Notes under the pieces: generated by a model
The model's input: only the letters and a program-made list of their open reading frames with translations
Told to the model about the DNA's origin: nothing
The model's database searches: none
Part shown: piece after piece, positions 39,271-51,044 of the stretch
Layout: every line of letters starts with the position of its first letter
How positions within the stretch are numbered: the first letter of the stretch is position 1
DNA from: Takakia lepidozioides
Lineage: Eukaryota > Plantae > Bryophyta
Reading direction: 5' to 3'
DNA length: 64,000 bases
NCBI GenBank assembly: GCA_030704615.1
Contig: CM060731.1
Location: 49,476,001-49,540,000 of the forward strand
Translations under genes and position numbers: made by a program

Positions 39271-40608
39271 CCAGAAGAGGCATTGTGGACTCCCTCTCTT
39301 GATCCTCTTTCAGAAGCTGTGGTCATGGATTGAAAGCGGAATGAAATCATGGCCAATGACACAATGAAGAGATAGACACGAATAGCGCTGCCAGAAACAT
39401 CAGCAGCCACAATACTCAAGCCCTGTCAGTGGCCCACAACAAAACCAAGGTTCACTTTGGGCATACACAACTTCTTTTATATGAACATGACAAATATTCA
39501 TAAGTTGAACTCCTGAAGTGGATTTTATAAACCCCTGACTTCATCTTTTGACAGCGAATGAACATGAAAAGCTGAAAATACGTCACATCACTTCTCAGAC
39601 ACCCACATTGCCTAACTTGCAAATGGGCTTGTTGTACAAGCACATATCCTCAAGGTTTATGCAGGAAGATACTTGTACCACACCCTTTCCACATCCTACC
39701 AACTCGCTACCAGAGCATTTAAAAGCGATGCAACTAACCTCACTGGCAATAGCTGTTCTGCCCTGTGCAGTAGCTACTACAGACCATGCCAAGGTGGCCA
39801 TGTTCAAAACCAATGTTTCAGAAATGCCTGGTAAGCCATTATCAAAGCATCAGCCAATAGAACAACATGAGATTGACACTTAGCAATAACACACAACACC
39901 TTTTAGTCACTACAACACAAAGATCATGGTGTACGGTGGGTTCAAGATATCCACTGCTCGCTACTACCTTTCAGTCACAAGCAGGTGCGTTCTTTAAGCA
40001 GATCCAAGTACTAAACATATGTCTTAATCTAGATATATATGCCTTTATCAAGGGTAGAAAACAACTTTTTTCCCTTGTAGGCCAATACAATATTACAAAT
40101 GTAACTGACCCTTCGGTGGCTAACCTACAGTAATGTCAAAACACAACACAATCTCCGTGAGAGACCTGATAATGTTCATGTAAGCTGCCGGTTAACTTGA
40201 CAATGCAGTTTCATACACAAGAAAGTGAGAGATATCCAAGCCACACCAGAAAGCAGTGCTGTGCTCTAAAATGTGCCAGCAAAAAAATAAGGAAATACGG
40301 CAAACCCCTCTTGATAGCACAATGCACAAGTTCCCACCTCTGCCCGTATGAGCATGTCAATGCATGCTACTCTTATTTAGCACGCAACATGCAATCTTCA
40401 GCATATATAAGAATGGTCCATCTCTTCCCAAAATTCTTCCTATCACCTCTTGGACTTCATTTTCATTCCCTTTATCAGAGATAACTAGTTATATATAACC
40501 CATGAACAAAGTTGACTTGCGGAGTTCAGTTTGAAGGTCACTCCTAAGCTTAAATTTACCTCCTCATAATCTCCTGCAAATGAGTTAACCTCAAAGATAG
40601 TAACAGAC

Positions 40609-41075
40609 TTGTTTTAATTCAGATGAAGCAGAGAGAGCAGCAGCAAATTCACGGTTCAATTTGATAGCCTCAGCATGTGCTGCTAAGGCTGCTGCCTCTA
40701 GTTCCTCATTTCCTTTAAGTGCTGCCACCATCTTCTCTCTTGTTGCATCCTCCTCTTCCGTGGTTCTCTGCACTCATGTAACAACATTATGTGGGTGCTG
40801 AAAGCCGTGCCTTCCAAATTTTAGCAACAATTCAATGGAAGAAGATTTGAGACGCTACCCCTGTTGGCTTTTCCATGGGCATGTCCTCGGTCCTTATATA
40901 GATCTTGCTGGTCTCCAGAGGAGGGTGTTGTGCCATTTGCTGAAGGTGATGGTGCAGCTGAAGATCGTGGCATAGAAAATGCTGCTGTTGCAGAGGCACC
41001 ACCAGCTGCTGCTGCTGGAGACTCCAGAATTTTCGGGCGTGGCTTCTCCACAGGACTAGCCTTGAAGATGTGTAC
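40609..41075 (-). pseudogene. Two spliced exons of an unidentified gene (Ser/Ala/Pro linker plus coiled coil)
   Basis: Acceptors at 41075 and 40767; RTTEEEDATREKMVAALKGNEELEAAALAAH.. Confidence 0.35.
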
Positions 41076-41599
41076 CTGGTGTACAGTCCATCCATCAGTT
41101 TCAAGCATACAATCTAGCTGGGTAGGACTACACAGAAGATGAAAGGATGTGGAAGGGATTAAAATGCAAACCGCATTGCTGTAGTGACCATTGTATCCCC
41201 TGAAAGCTACTGTATGGACATTTCAATCAGAGTATCTCATAGTAATGCCGAAAATATACATGGGAGTCAGTATTTCTGAAATTATCAACATGGATTTGCG
41301 GTATGAACACAGTATCTGGCTGAAACTGAAATGAAGGGCGGCGTGACCTCTTTGTAAGTTGTGTCCACGTACAGAGTGAGTTCCTACAATACAAGTAGTA
41401 TGAGTCAGTAGCAAAGTGACTTGTGAAGAAGAAAGTGCCCTCACCACATTGTCCTCGACCTTGTGTCATGACCCATGGAGGATTTGACTGACCATGAACC
41501 CAAGAGGACCTCTTGTGTGTGCTGCTTGTGTCTATAGTCTGGTAATGTCGGATTGGTCAGTGAGAACCACCACGGTGTAGTTGAGAAGGCAGAGATTGA

Positions 41600-41780
41600 A
41601 ACACAGCCTGCGTTAGGGTTCAACCTGTCCGACATCATTTCCTCATATGTTTCCAAAGCCTTCGTACCACACTGCGATCATTGCATTCCACGACACCACA
41701 TCTTGGCAGCCATTTCGTCGAACACACCCTTCGTATCCTTGGAAAACTCATGGCTGTTGTCCCACCATCGTGAAGGGTAA
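41600..41780 (-). pseudogene. PPR repeat remnant
   Basis: KGVFDEMAAK..VSWNAMI..ALETYEEM. Confidence 0.55.
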
Positions 41781-43399
41781 AACTCATGCCAGTCTCTGCT
41801 CTGTGCTGCAAATTCACGGCCGAGTCTGATGAGAGGGCAAAACAGGCTGAAATAGGTCGAAGAAGAAGGTGCCCTCACCACATTGGCCTCGAGTTCCTGC
41901 TATCACGATGCTTAGCACTAAGAAGACTGGACCCCAAAAAACGCTAAGTCCCAGCCCTGCACACCGGCAGCCCTAAATTCGAGCCAACTTTTGAAGTTTT
42001 TGAACGTTTTGCACCCTAACATTATATAAAATAATTATATGGTCCATATAATTATGTGAAGGTATTTTTAGCTATATATATATATGTTAGGGTGCAAAAT
42101 GTATATATATAACAAGGTACAAAGACCCTGGTTAATTTATTTATTGGGTAAGGTTCATAGTCATGAAATGAGTAGTTAAAACAATTATTTCTATCTAATA
42201 CTGATTTATATATTTCAATTTACATGAATTTAAAATATAATTGTGGAGTTGCTAATGAAGTTGTTGAAACCACTTACAATTTAAAATAAATCACCTTGTA
42301 TAGAGACTCACCATGCTACCCACCTAGATCTGGGTTTGTTTATTGGTCTCTTGTTAAAATTCTATGGATTTTTTTCGAAATATTCTGGTTTTTTCTTTGA
42401 TGTGTGAGATGACAAAGTCCAAGCATGTCACATAGACAAGGAGTTCAACGTAAGGATGATGCAAGTGATTTGTGGCAAAAAGTGTAAATCATGCCTATGC
42501 CTGTTTGTCCTAGTTGTGTCATAGGTTGCAACGGAACGGGGCCACCTTTGAATGCGATCCCCATGTTCATTTCACCAAGAGCATTATAGACTTCATAATG
42601 TAGAGATTGAAAATGGGGTGTAGCAAGGGGTGATTCTTCATTTGCTACTAGCCCATCGTGCAGATTTCTAAACATGAACATGAAGCTCATGATCATTTTA
42701 CAAAGGCATCATTCTCAAACTCCCCATACACCACAATGTGGAAATTCTATGGTCTCATTTCACACATGTGTGTAACATGCTATGTAAACTAAGCCAACTC
42801 CCGCCACGCTCATGGCTGTTTTCACACCGTTCTTGCCTCGGGTGTGGATCACATGTGAGACACCCCACAGTTAGGGCATATTTTGACCCACACCTTGGCT
42901 CACTCTACAGACCCGTGATAAAAGCCGTGGAATGTATTAGGTGTGAGATGACATACCTGTGGAAAAAGCCGGTTTCTCTTCTAGTGGTAACCCGATTTCG
43001 GCACTACGCAAACACACGATTCATCCAATTTACCTCTCCCATTTTTGTAAGCTAGCATGCATTCTACACACTAGCCAACCATACCATGCATCACCATTCC
43101 AAACAAAATAGGATGCACAACATTTGGAAACCATTTCATTTATAATGTCAAGTTAAATAAGCACAGTGTGGAGTCCCCATAGCTTGGGGTGCCCCTGGCT
43201 TGACTTTTGTTTTAAAGAGTGATAGCGATGGATTCATGTTGTTTCTGGTGTGAGCAGTGTGTTTTCTAGTTTTCTTATCACTCGAGAAAGATGACCTCTT
43301 ACCTGTGAGTGCAAGGTAGGAGTTGAGGGTTAGCACTTGCAAGATTACTTGTGTGTAAGTAGTGCTTAGTTTGAGAAGCATATCATTGAATGTGACCAC

Positions 43400-44294
43400 A
43401 AGATTCAGCGTGCCCTGAAACGCCTGGAGGATGACGATGCTAGAGCCGTCACTGTTGTTGCAGTCGCTGAAGCTACCAAGTCACCAGAGGCTTTGGAGTA
43501 CACAAGGCAAATCAAGGAGAAGATGAAAGCTGCGGAGTACATGGATCTGGATGGGAAAGCAGACAACAAAATTCGGATAATGGAGGACGTGGAAGTAAAA
43601 AACTGGCAGCAGCCGATGAACACCAAGACAAACACGGCAGCTCACATTCCAGGCACAAGAAGAATATAGGCGGAAGCAAGATGCACTGCGAAGGCGACAG
43701 GCACAAGTGGGTGGAAACGCTTTATCTTTGAGTGATCTCGAGTTCGTAGCATTCTTGACTGAGGAGGGTACGATTGCAGATTGCAGCAAACCTGACTCGA
43801 AGGCAAGTGTGTATGCCATTTTTTATGAGGAAAAGATTCTATATTATGTTGGTGTCTCAAGACAGGCTTATCAGAGTATGAGGCTACGCTTTGCACGCAA
43901 GCCGCTACAATGCTGGTATGTGAAGGTGCAGAATGAGAACCGTCCAGCCGAGCTCTACTTGAAAGCATTGGAGACAAATGGATCTCTGAGAATGGTGCAG
44001 TTCCCAGCGGAAATGACAATGGGAAGTTGCAAAATATTTAGGAGAACCCACTGGATTGCAAACCTCTCATGAGAGAAGAAGAGAAGCTGAAGGTTGAAGA
44101 GGTAGAGGACGTTGTTAAGAACAGGAAGAAGCGGGAGCGGCGATGTCTCGGTAGAGCAACCTGACGGTAGAGATGTGAAAGAGAATGTGGAGAAGTCGAC
44201 AGGTTGGGCACTGTCAGCTCAGGAAGAGACCATTCAGAGAGAGCTTGAGCGTGAAAGAAACAGGGCACAACCAAAGGAGCTGATGGCCATCTAA
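43400..44294 (+). pseudogene. GIY-YIG nuclease-domain ORF (GRXS16/cyanobacterial type) inside the element; frameshifted
   Basis: ASVYAIF..LYYVGVSRQ.YQSMR..ARKP..CWYVKVQ, then after a 1-nt shift RPSRALLESI..KWISENGAVPSGN..ENPLDCKPLM; TAG at 44039. Confidence 0.75.
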
Positions 44295-44789
44295 GTCTTT
44301 GATTTGGCAGCTTGCAGCTGCCTCCCTTGGTGACGAAGGACTTGGTGCTTGAGGTGCCTGAAACTGCTTCGATGGGCCTCCCTCAACATTGGTTTGAGCC
44401 TCTTCCTTCTCAGCTGCTGCCCGAGTCTGCAAATGTTGCACGCAGCATGCTCCTAACTCCCACCTTCAATTCTTAGCTTGCATGTCTTACTTTGTCAGTC
44501 TCTTGCTTGTTGCTCCCACTGCTGCTAGGCTGGTGATGCATATCTGCAGAGGACCAGCAGCTCCCTCCCATGTGTGGAGCACCCCTTCTTGAGTCCATCC
44601 CTCATCCATTGTACAGTTCTGATGTCTATATAAGAGGTGGGAAGAGATATGGCTGGTTTCCTTCTCTTTCTGTGCTTGAAGAAGTGAATGGGTCGGGTCA
44701 GCCCTTTCCAGCAGGGCAAGCATGCTTGGTGGGGAGTCTAGACGCGTCCAGGGAACTCGTCCAGGGTTGGTACTAGTTTGTGCATGAAC

Positions 44790-44890
44790 GTTTGAATTGC
44801 TTTGCCAAAAGATAGCCTCCCCGGCCTTACTGTGAGCCGCTTTCAGCTGTCCGTTATACCATTGTCCTTTTGCACTCAGCGTTCTCATTA
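44790..44890 (-). pseudogene. Fragment of an Smr-associated (DUF1771, CID7-like) domain
   Basis: LSAKGQWYNGQLKAAHSKAGEAIFWQSN. Confidence 0.55.
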
Positions 44891-45411
44891 AGTGAGGAGA
44901 CGTCGTCTTCCTGGGCCGCCCATAGTTTTGGAGCTATCATGGTGCCTGCACGAGAACGATCTGTGTTGCTCAAGTTGAGCTGACAGGATTGCGGGAGACT
45001 GGCGGGCTGCGTTCGCCACAGAGACGACGGCTGCCAGGCGAATATAAACAATACCTAAGAGCCGCTGGTACCAATTTAGAACTTTGGGCACATATACAGG
45101 AACAGGGAACCAAGACAGTAGAGTTTTCTTTGTATTTGTTTTGTCTTATTAAAAAATAAAAAATAAAGTGTTATGTTTAAAGAGCCTGGTTGGTCATATC
45201 TTTGTTAAATGGGCTCCGTTTGACTCAGTTTTTGAGGGGATAGCTGCAGAAAGGGGAAATCTACCTATCTAGAACTGGTTTTTGTTTTTGGGACTTTGCT
45301 AAAAATCTATGGAATTTTTAGAGTGTGAGTGTGCCATGAAAGATCCACAATCCTGTTTCTAGAACCTGTTCTGGTCTACATGAGAGATAAATCTGGGGAT
45401 GTACTCCTTGT

Positions 45412-46161
45412 ATGGCTGGGGGAAATGAGGACGTGATTGAAGGGCAGGTCTCTTCTCTTAGCCTGTGCACCAAAGGGGACAAGATTTATGTTTCCCAAGG
45501 AACTCAGACTGATTTGAGTGGAGAACAGTTGGACGAGTTGATTGCATACTGGGAGTCAGGCATTAGTAGTGGACAACAAACTGTTGTAGTTGGCGTTGAG
45601 GGCCTCAATATCGCCTTGGACAGTCAGAACTCTGTTGGAGCCAGCAGTTCTGCAGCTGTAGGTGAAACACCAAAGTGGGTGAAAGCTAGGCTTGGAACAC
45701 AGCCAAAGACAGCCCCGAGGACCAAGGTGTTCAGTCACAAGGCCGTGGTGTACTGGAGCAGAGGAGCAGGAGCTACACAAGTTTGTGCAATCAGACATGG
45801 TTGCAGCCGGATACGCTCTGCATAGGGCAACCACGAGCGGGGGTTCATCAGCAATGACATGTTTGTTGTGCGTGAAGGAGATGCAGTCATTCGCAATGAG
45901 GACACCCGCAACCGTCTCAAAGCTTTCGAGTTGAGAGACTATCAGACCCTACCTTTGTTTTCTTTAGTATTCAGTGAGCGGGAGATAGGGGAGTATTGCT
46001 TTGTCTCTACCTGGCAGAAAGAGGAGGAGGGTTGGTTAGAGCGAGCTACTGTAGCTTGGGACAAGGTTAGTGGCAGGTTTCTGGACATAGATATACCTCC
46101 TACACCTTACCATCATGCAGAGCTAGGCACTTTGAGAGAAGTCTGGCAGTTGATAGCATAG
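45412..46161 (+). pseudogene. Unknown ~250-aa accessory ORF of the element; frameshifted
   Basis: Three overlapping frames (45412, 45692, 45859) read as one interrupted ORF. Confidence 0.4.
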
Positions 46162-46680
46162 ATCAGGATTAGATCTTGCTTGGTCGGGCTTCTATTCTTC
46201 CCCTCCATCTCTGTACTATTTTTATTACCTTGTACTCGTAGTTGCCAAAGCCTCTCTTGGTGGAGGCCAGTCAGTCCGGGGTTTTGGGCTGGGCTATTTT
46301 GCAGGATCAGCATTGCAACTGGATTTTGGTGTGGGGGTGTTGATGTTTTGATTTCTTGTGTTTGGATCCCTCCCAACACCTGCATGCTTGACTGTGCGCC
46401 ATGTTGGTTTTGTGTGGGCGCTTGCTTTCATAGGGATTAGGCCGGATTTGATCACCGGTCAATCCTAGAGTATGCTGTCGGTGGTGAGGCTGGAGTGATG
46501 ACCAGCAAGACCACCAGTGTTTCTTCTATGGTGAGGCTGGGTTGATGACCAGCCAACCATAGGAGTTCTTGCGGTGGATGCAGGTGCAGGTGCCCTGAGC
46601 CATTGGGATATGACCCTTAAACTGCAACAGGTGCCCACCTATGTCACTATTAGATTAGTACTAGAGCCTTATAGTGTCAC

Positions 46681-48870
46681 GTGGAGGAGGTGCATATTGT
46701 GAGTGTCATTACGGAGTTACCCAAGGGTTTTGAGGGGAGTACGGCTACAGGCAATAACAGTGAGAGTGGGTTCACAAGACGAGGTATTCGGTTCAGACCA
46801 CCTTCACCGCCATCCTCAATTACTGTAGAGTCAGACATAGACTCGGAGGCTTCATCAACAGGTGTGCACTTTCATTCGCCATTGTTGTGGGACGACATGG
46901 AGGAGATGTATGGAGCTACCAAGGGGCCTCGTAGGTACTCTGGAGCTGTGGGCACAATCGAGTTGGATGACTTTATCCAGGAGTTCGACAGCTGGTGTGA
47001 TTTGCAGCAGATGCGCAATCCACAGCTATTCACCCTATTCATGGCGTGGAAGAGACTGTTCCAGCATTTGGAAGGCCCGCCTATGGACGATTACCACGAG
47101 TTCAGGCGAGGACATGAAGCAGAGATTGAGGAGTGGAGGATGTATTGGTCACCTGACTACGTCTCCATTACTCGAGGCACGACGCGACCAGTAGCTGCAT
47201 CAGTACCAATAGCTCCCACTGCCAGCACTAGTAGTGGAGCAAGTAGTGCTGGTACTTCTGCAGGTGGTACCAGTTCAAAAGGTGCTACTACTCCTCCTGC
47301 CACGACTACAACACATGTGCCTAGATTCAACCCGGTGGTGGAGTTCTTCCAGGAGGTGCGGAGGAACTACCAAGGTGTACGGACAGAGAAGCTGCGAAGT
47401 TTGCAAGACTTCCAGCGCAAACCCAGTGAGAGCCTGCGAGAGGCGTACACTCGTATGAGGCGCTTGATAAGTGTGACCCAAGAGGTTACTGAAGCTCAGG
47501 CAATCCAGTTTTGGTATGGAATTCTGGACAAGGACCTCAAGAGAAGGGTACGAGATGCAACCCTGTTACAAGCAGCCCAACCCACATTAGCAGATGTGTT
47601 TCTGCTGGCTGAGCGGATTGAGCTCAACATGGTGGAGGAGCGAGTTGTTACAATTGGATTTGGCAAGGACATGCTTGCACGGGGCACAGCTGTCAGCCCA
47701 CAGGCACAAGGGACTGCCCAACAGCGTGGTCAGGGGGGCAAGGTTGCCCAACCCAAGTTCCATGGAGCTTACAGGGGACCTCAGGTGCAGAGGCCCGTGG
47801 CATCTTTTGCAGGCCAACAGCAACCAGGGATGATATGTTGGATATGTGGAGGACCCCATGTCAAGAGAGATTGCCCAGAGAGTGGCAAAAGGCCGGCACA
47901 AGCACAGCCTGCACAGTTGCAGTGTAGGCATTGTGGCAAGTATGGGCATGGAGATGCCCAGTTGTTATGACTTGCATCCTGAGTTGCGCCCAGGCCAGTT
48001 CCAAGGGAACAATGGTGGCCGGGGGCAAGGTGGACCAGCCCAAAGAGGACGAGGTGGTCGGGCACGAGGTGCAGGCCAAGGGCAAGCTCCACATGGCCAA
48101 GGACGCGGAGGTCAGGGTGTTGACCAAGGCATGGCCAATCGGCTTCAGCAGCTAGAGTAGAGGCTCGCTGCCATGGCTATAGCTCAGGCGGTACCGGCTC
48201 CCAGGCGGGATGGTCCACCTCCTGCTCCTGAGGGAGGAGATATGGGAGGCATGGGATTCATGTGCGGAACAGCACTACCACTAGAGCAGGTGGAATCTGC
48301 TGCAGCCGTGACTCGAGGAGCAGCACGAGTTCCTGAGCCATGAGGTGCAGAGGTGGAGTTGGATCCACAACGTGGGGAGGCAAGCCGTCAAGCAAGGCTG
48401 CCTCAGTCATTCACCTTGGCGGAGACAGTGTCAACGCCATCCATGGCACCTAGTTCTCGCCCGACTGTTACCGAGGCGGAGGTTTTTATGCCATTGGGGA
48501 GAGCTACACGTGCAGCACTGACACCTGCTACCAAGGCTAGTGCAGCCGGTGTGTTGTTGGGGGGCAGCCACCTCTGTGTGTCAAGCCCCACTGTTCTCGG
48601 CAACCATGATTGCGACGTCGGGAGTGAGACCAGCTGCAGTGTTCAGACTAGCAGCAACACTCTGCGAGAGTGGAGAGGTCACTTTATCTTCTGCGGAGTT
48701 AGTGGAAGGTGTAGTGGCAGAGGGATCCTCGGATTTGAGGGTCAAGACTGCCACGGCAGCGCCCTGGCAAGCTGCAGCTGCCAGATTGACGGAGCTGCCA
48801 GCTAGGCCAGCCTTTGAGCGCGCCACGGTGACACCTGGAGTTGTCTTGTTAGACAACCAGGGAGGCATTT
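46681..48870 (+). pseudogene. gag with two zinc knuckles
   Basis: Retrotransposon gag core (QRKPSESLREAYTRMRRL), CWICGGPHVKRDC, CRHCGKYGH. Confidence 0.85.
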
Positions 48871-48874
48871 TCAC

Positions 48875-49270
48875 TTGAGTGGACCGGCAGGCAAGAAGTA
48901 CCGGCCACTGCGGGTCTTGTTGGACTCAGGAGCTCAGCCACTGATGTTGGGCAGAGCTGCTATTGCAGGTTTGGGCCTCATGGAGGCGGATATGGAGCCT
49001 TGTCCTTTCCAGATACAGACATCTCTGGGAGGATCAGAGCAGGCTCGGGGCATGACACGGCATCAGTTGGCCATTAGACTGCAGCCGGATCATCCTATCG
49101 ATGGCTCAGTAATGCGAGCCAAGGCCATTGTGACAGACGCAGTCTCTTACATGTCCTCGTTGGTGGGGCAGTGTTATACCCCATGGGCTTCACCCTGGAC
49201 TTTTGGGAGGAGTCAGCATCCTCCAGGCCTGGATGGCAGTCAGGCGATGGTCGCCGTGCACAGCTCCCTG
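48875..49270 (+). pseudogene. Retroviral-type aspartic protease
   Basis: VLLDSGAQ motif; DVLVG-like region across a frameshift. Confidence 0.85.
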
Positions 49271-49629
49271 TGACATTCATTGGGGGTATAGCGGCTGCCC
49301 AGCGGGGCAAGATGCCAACACTAGCCGCCTTTACAGCTGCAGTTAGTTGGCCTGGAGAGTTGCTGGAAGGCAATGCCCATGCAGAGGATGTGCCACCTCC
49401 AGCAAAGCAGGATGACATGCATGGTATGGCGGAGTTGCCTGCCATGGTTGCTCACACTCCATTGTGGGGTACGAGCAAGGATTTGCAGCAGGTTGCTGAT
49501 CGACGGGTGCAACAAGCCTGGGTAGAGGCTTTTGTTCCGTCAGGAGAGGAGGAGAGTGCGGGTATTGCACCAGGACCACCTCAGTTGTCACCATTGGATA
49601 CCACACCTATTGTGTGGCAGTATCCGGAT

Positions 49630-50580
49630 GAAGGCATTTGCCTTCTGGACTTGTTTGGCGGGATCAGCACCGGATTGACTGCTGTACTACAGGCAGGTGT
49701 ACGAGTTCGACGTTACCTGTATGTGGAGAGGGATGAGACTGCACGACGCGTCTCACTGCGCCATGTTGCTCAGTTGGTACAGCAATACCGTGACTTGTTG
49801 CCTGTGTCTGTAGTTCGTGGATACCAACAAGCCTTGCCAGCAGACATTTCCTTGTTGGGGGCGCAAAATTTGGAGCAGGTTGGCTCCATTGATCTGATAG
49901 TGGCAGGTTGGCCCTGCCAAGGGCATTCATCAGCCGGGCATGACAATGGATTGCGAGACTCGAGGACGGGTCTGTTTTTTTAGGAGATGGTGCGGGTTTT
50001 GCGCCACTTGCAGCTTCATCAAGCTGTATCTCCAGCATACATCTTGGAGAATGTACCACTGATGGGTGATTCTCGGGCCAGGGTGATGGCCAGTGTGCAT
50101 CAAGTTCGGTCGTGGCTTGGGTCAGCAGTGCTGCTGGATGCAGCTGCAGTGGGATCACGGGCTCATCGTCCACGGCTTTGGTGGACTAATTTGATGCCAC
50201 CCGCACTGCTCAAGCGTGCATATGATGGGGTGCCGCGGCCAGCACACCTCACCGTGGATGGCATTTTGGACACAGGGAGGCAGTCTCAACGTGTGAGACA
50301 CGATGACCGTTCGCCTTTGGCAGTGGTCAACAGGGTGGGTCAACCACGAGCAGCATTACCTACACTGCTCAGCTTCCCAGGATCCCATGCTTTTCGGGAT
50401 GGTGGACCTGGCCTCTTGTGGGATAGCCAGTTGCAGCAGTTAGTGGAGCCTAATGCCGACGAGCGAGAGCGGGCTATGGGGTTTTCCACTGGGACCACGG
50501 GGGTGCCTTCTCTTTCTGAGGCATCACGGCGTCAGGTGTTGGGGCAAGCAATGGATCTCAATTGCTTGACTTGGATTATC
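49630..50580 (+). pseudogene. C5 cytosine DNA methyltransferase (DNMT3/DRM-like) domain within pol
   Basis: Motif I LDLFGGI, II YVERD, IV AGWPCQ, VI ILENV, VIII AHRPRLWWTN, IX ERERAMGF, X LGQAMD; one stop at 49981. Confidence 0.92.
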
Positions 50581-51044
50581 AGCTTGGCTATGGCTGAGCA
50601 ACGTAGAGTGCGGAGTGCACTCCCCTTCATGGTCTCTCTGCCTACCGAGACGGTACAGCAGCGAGTGGGGGCGAGCCGGTGAGGACCACGAGGTGTAGAC
50701 ATCCATGGCACACGTGGGAGGTGCTCGAGGTCCAAAGGGAGTTGGCAGCCAAGGCAGCTGTGATGGATGAGGTTGGGGATTCTTCTCGGGATGAGGAGGT
50801 TTTCAATGATGACTTGATGGGGCAGGATGAGGCCTTGTCATTGACTGAGCAGGAAGGAAGTACTGCTCAAGAGGTTGCAGCATAGCAACCACGGGACGCG
50901 TCCTCTACCCCTAAGCCCACTGGACTTAAGGTTGCAGTTACGGAGGACAATTGGGAGCCTGACATTGGACCCATTGTCACCGGAGGAGAGAGACGACGTA
51001 TACGGCGGTTCCTGAGGGCTTACAAGAATTGCTTTGCCTTCAGT

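Noticed and set aside
42445-43140. Transposase fragment
   Set aside because: Too degraded to assign to a family by eye.
49630-50580. Host DNMT3/DRM gene or bacterial contamination
   Set aside because: Intronless, embedded in pol between protease and RT, and flanked by plant genes.
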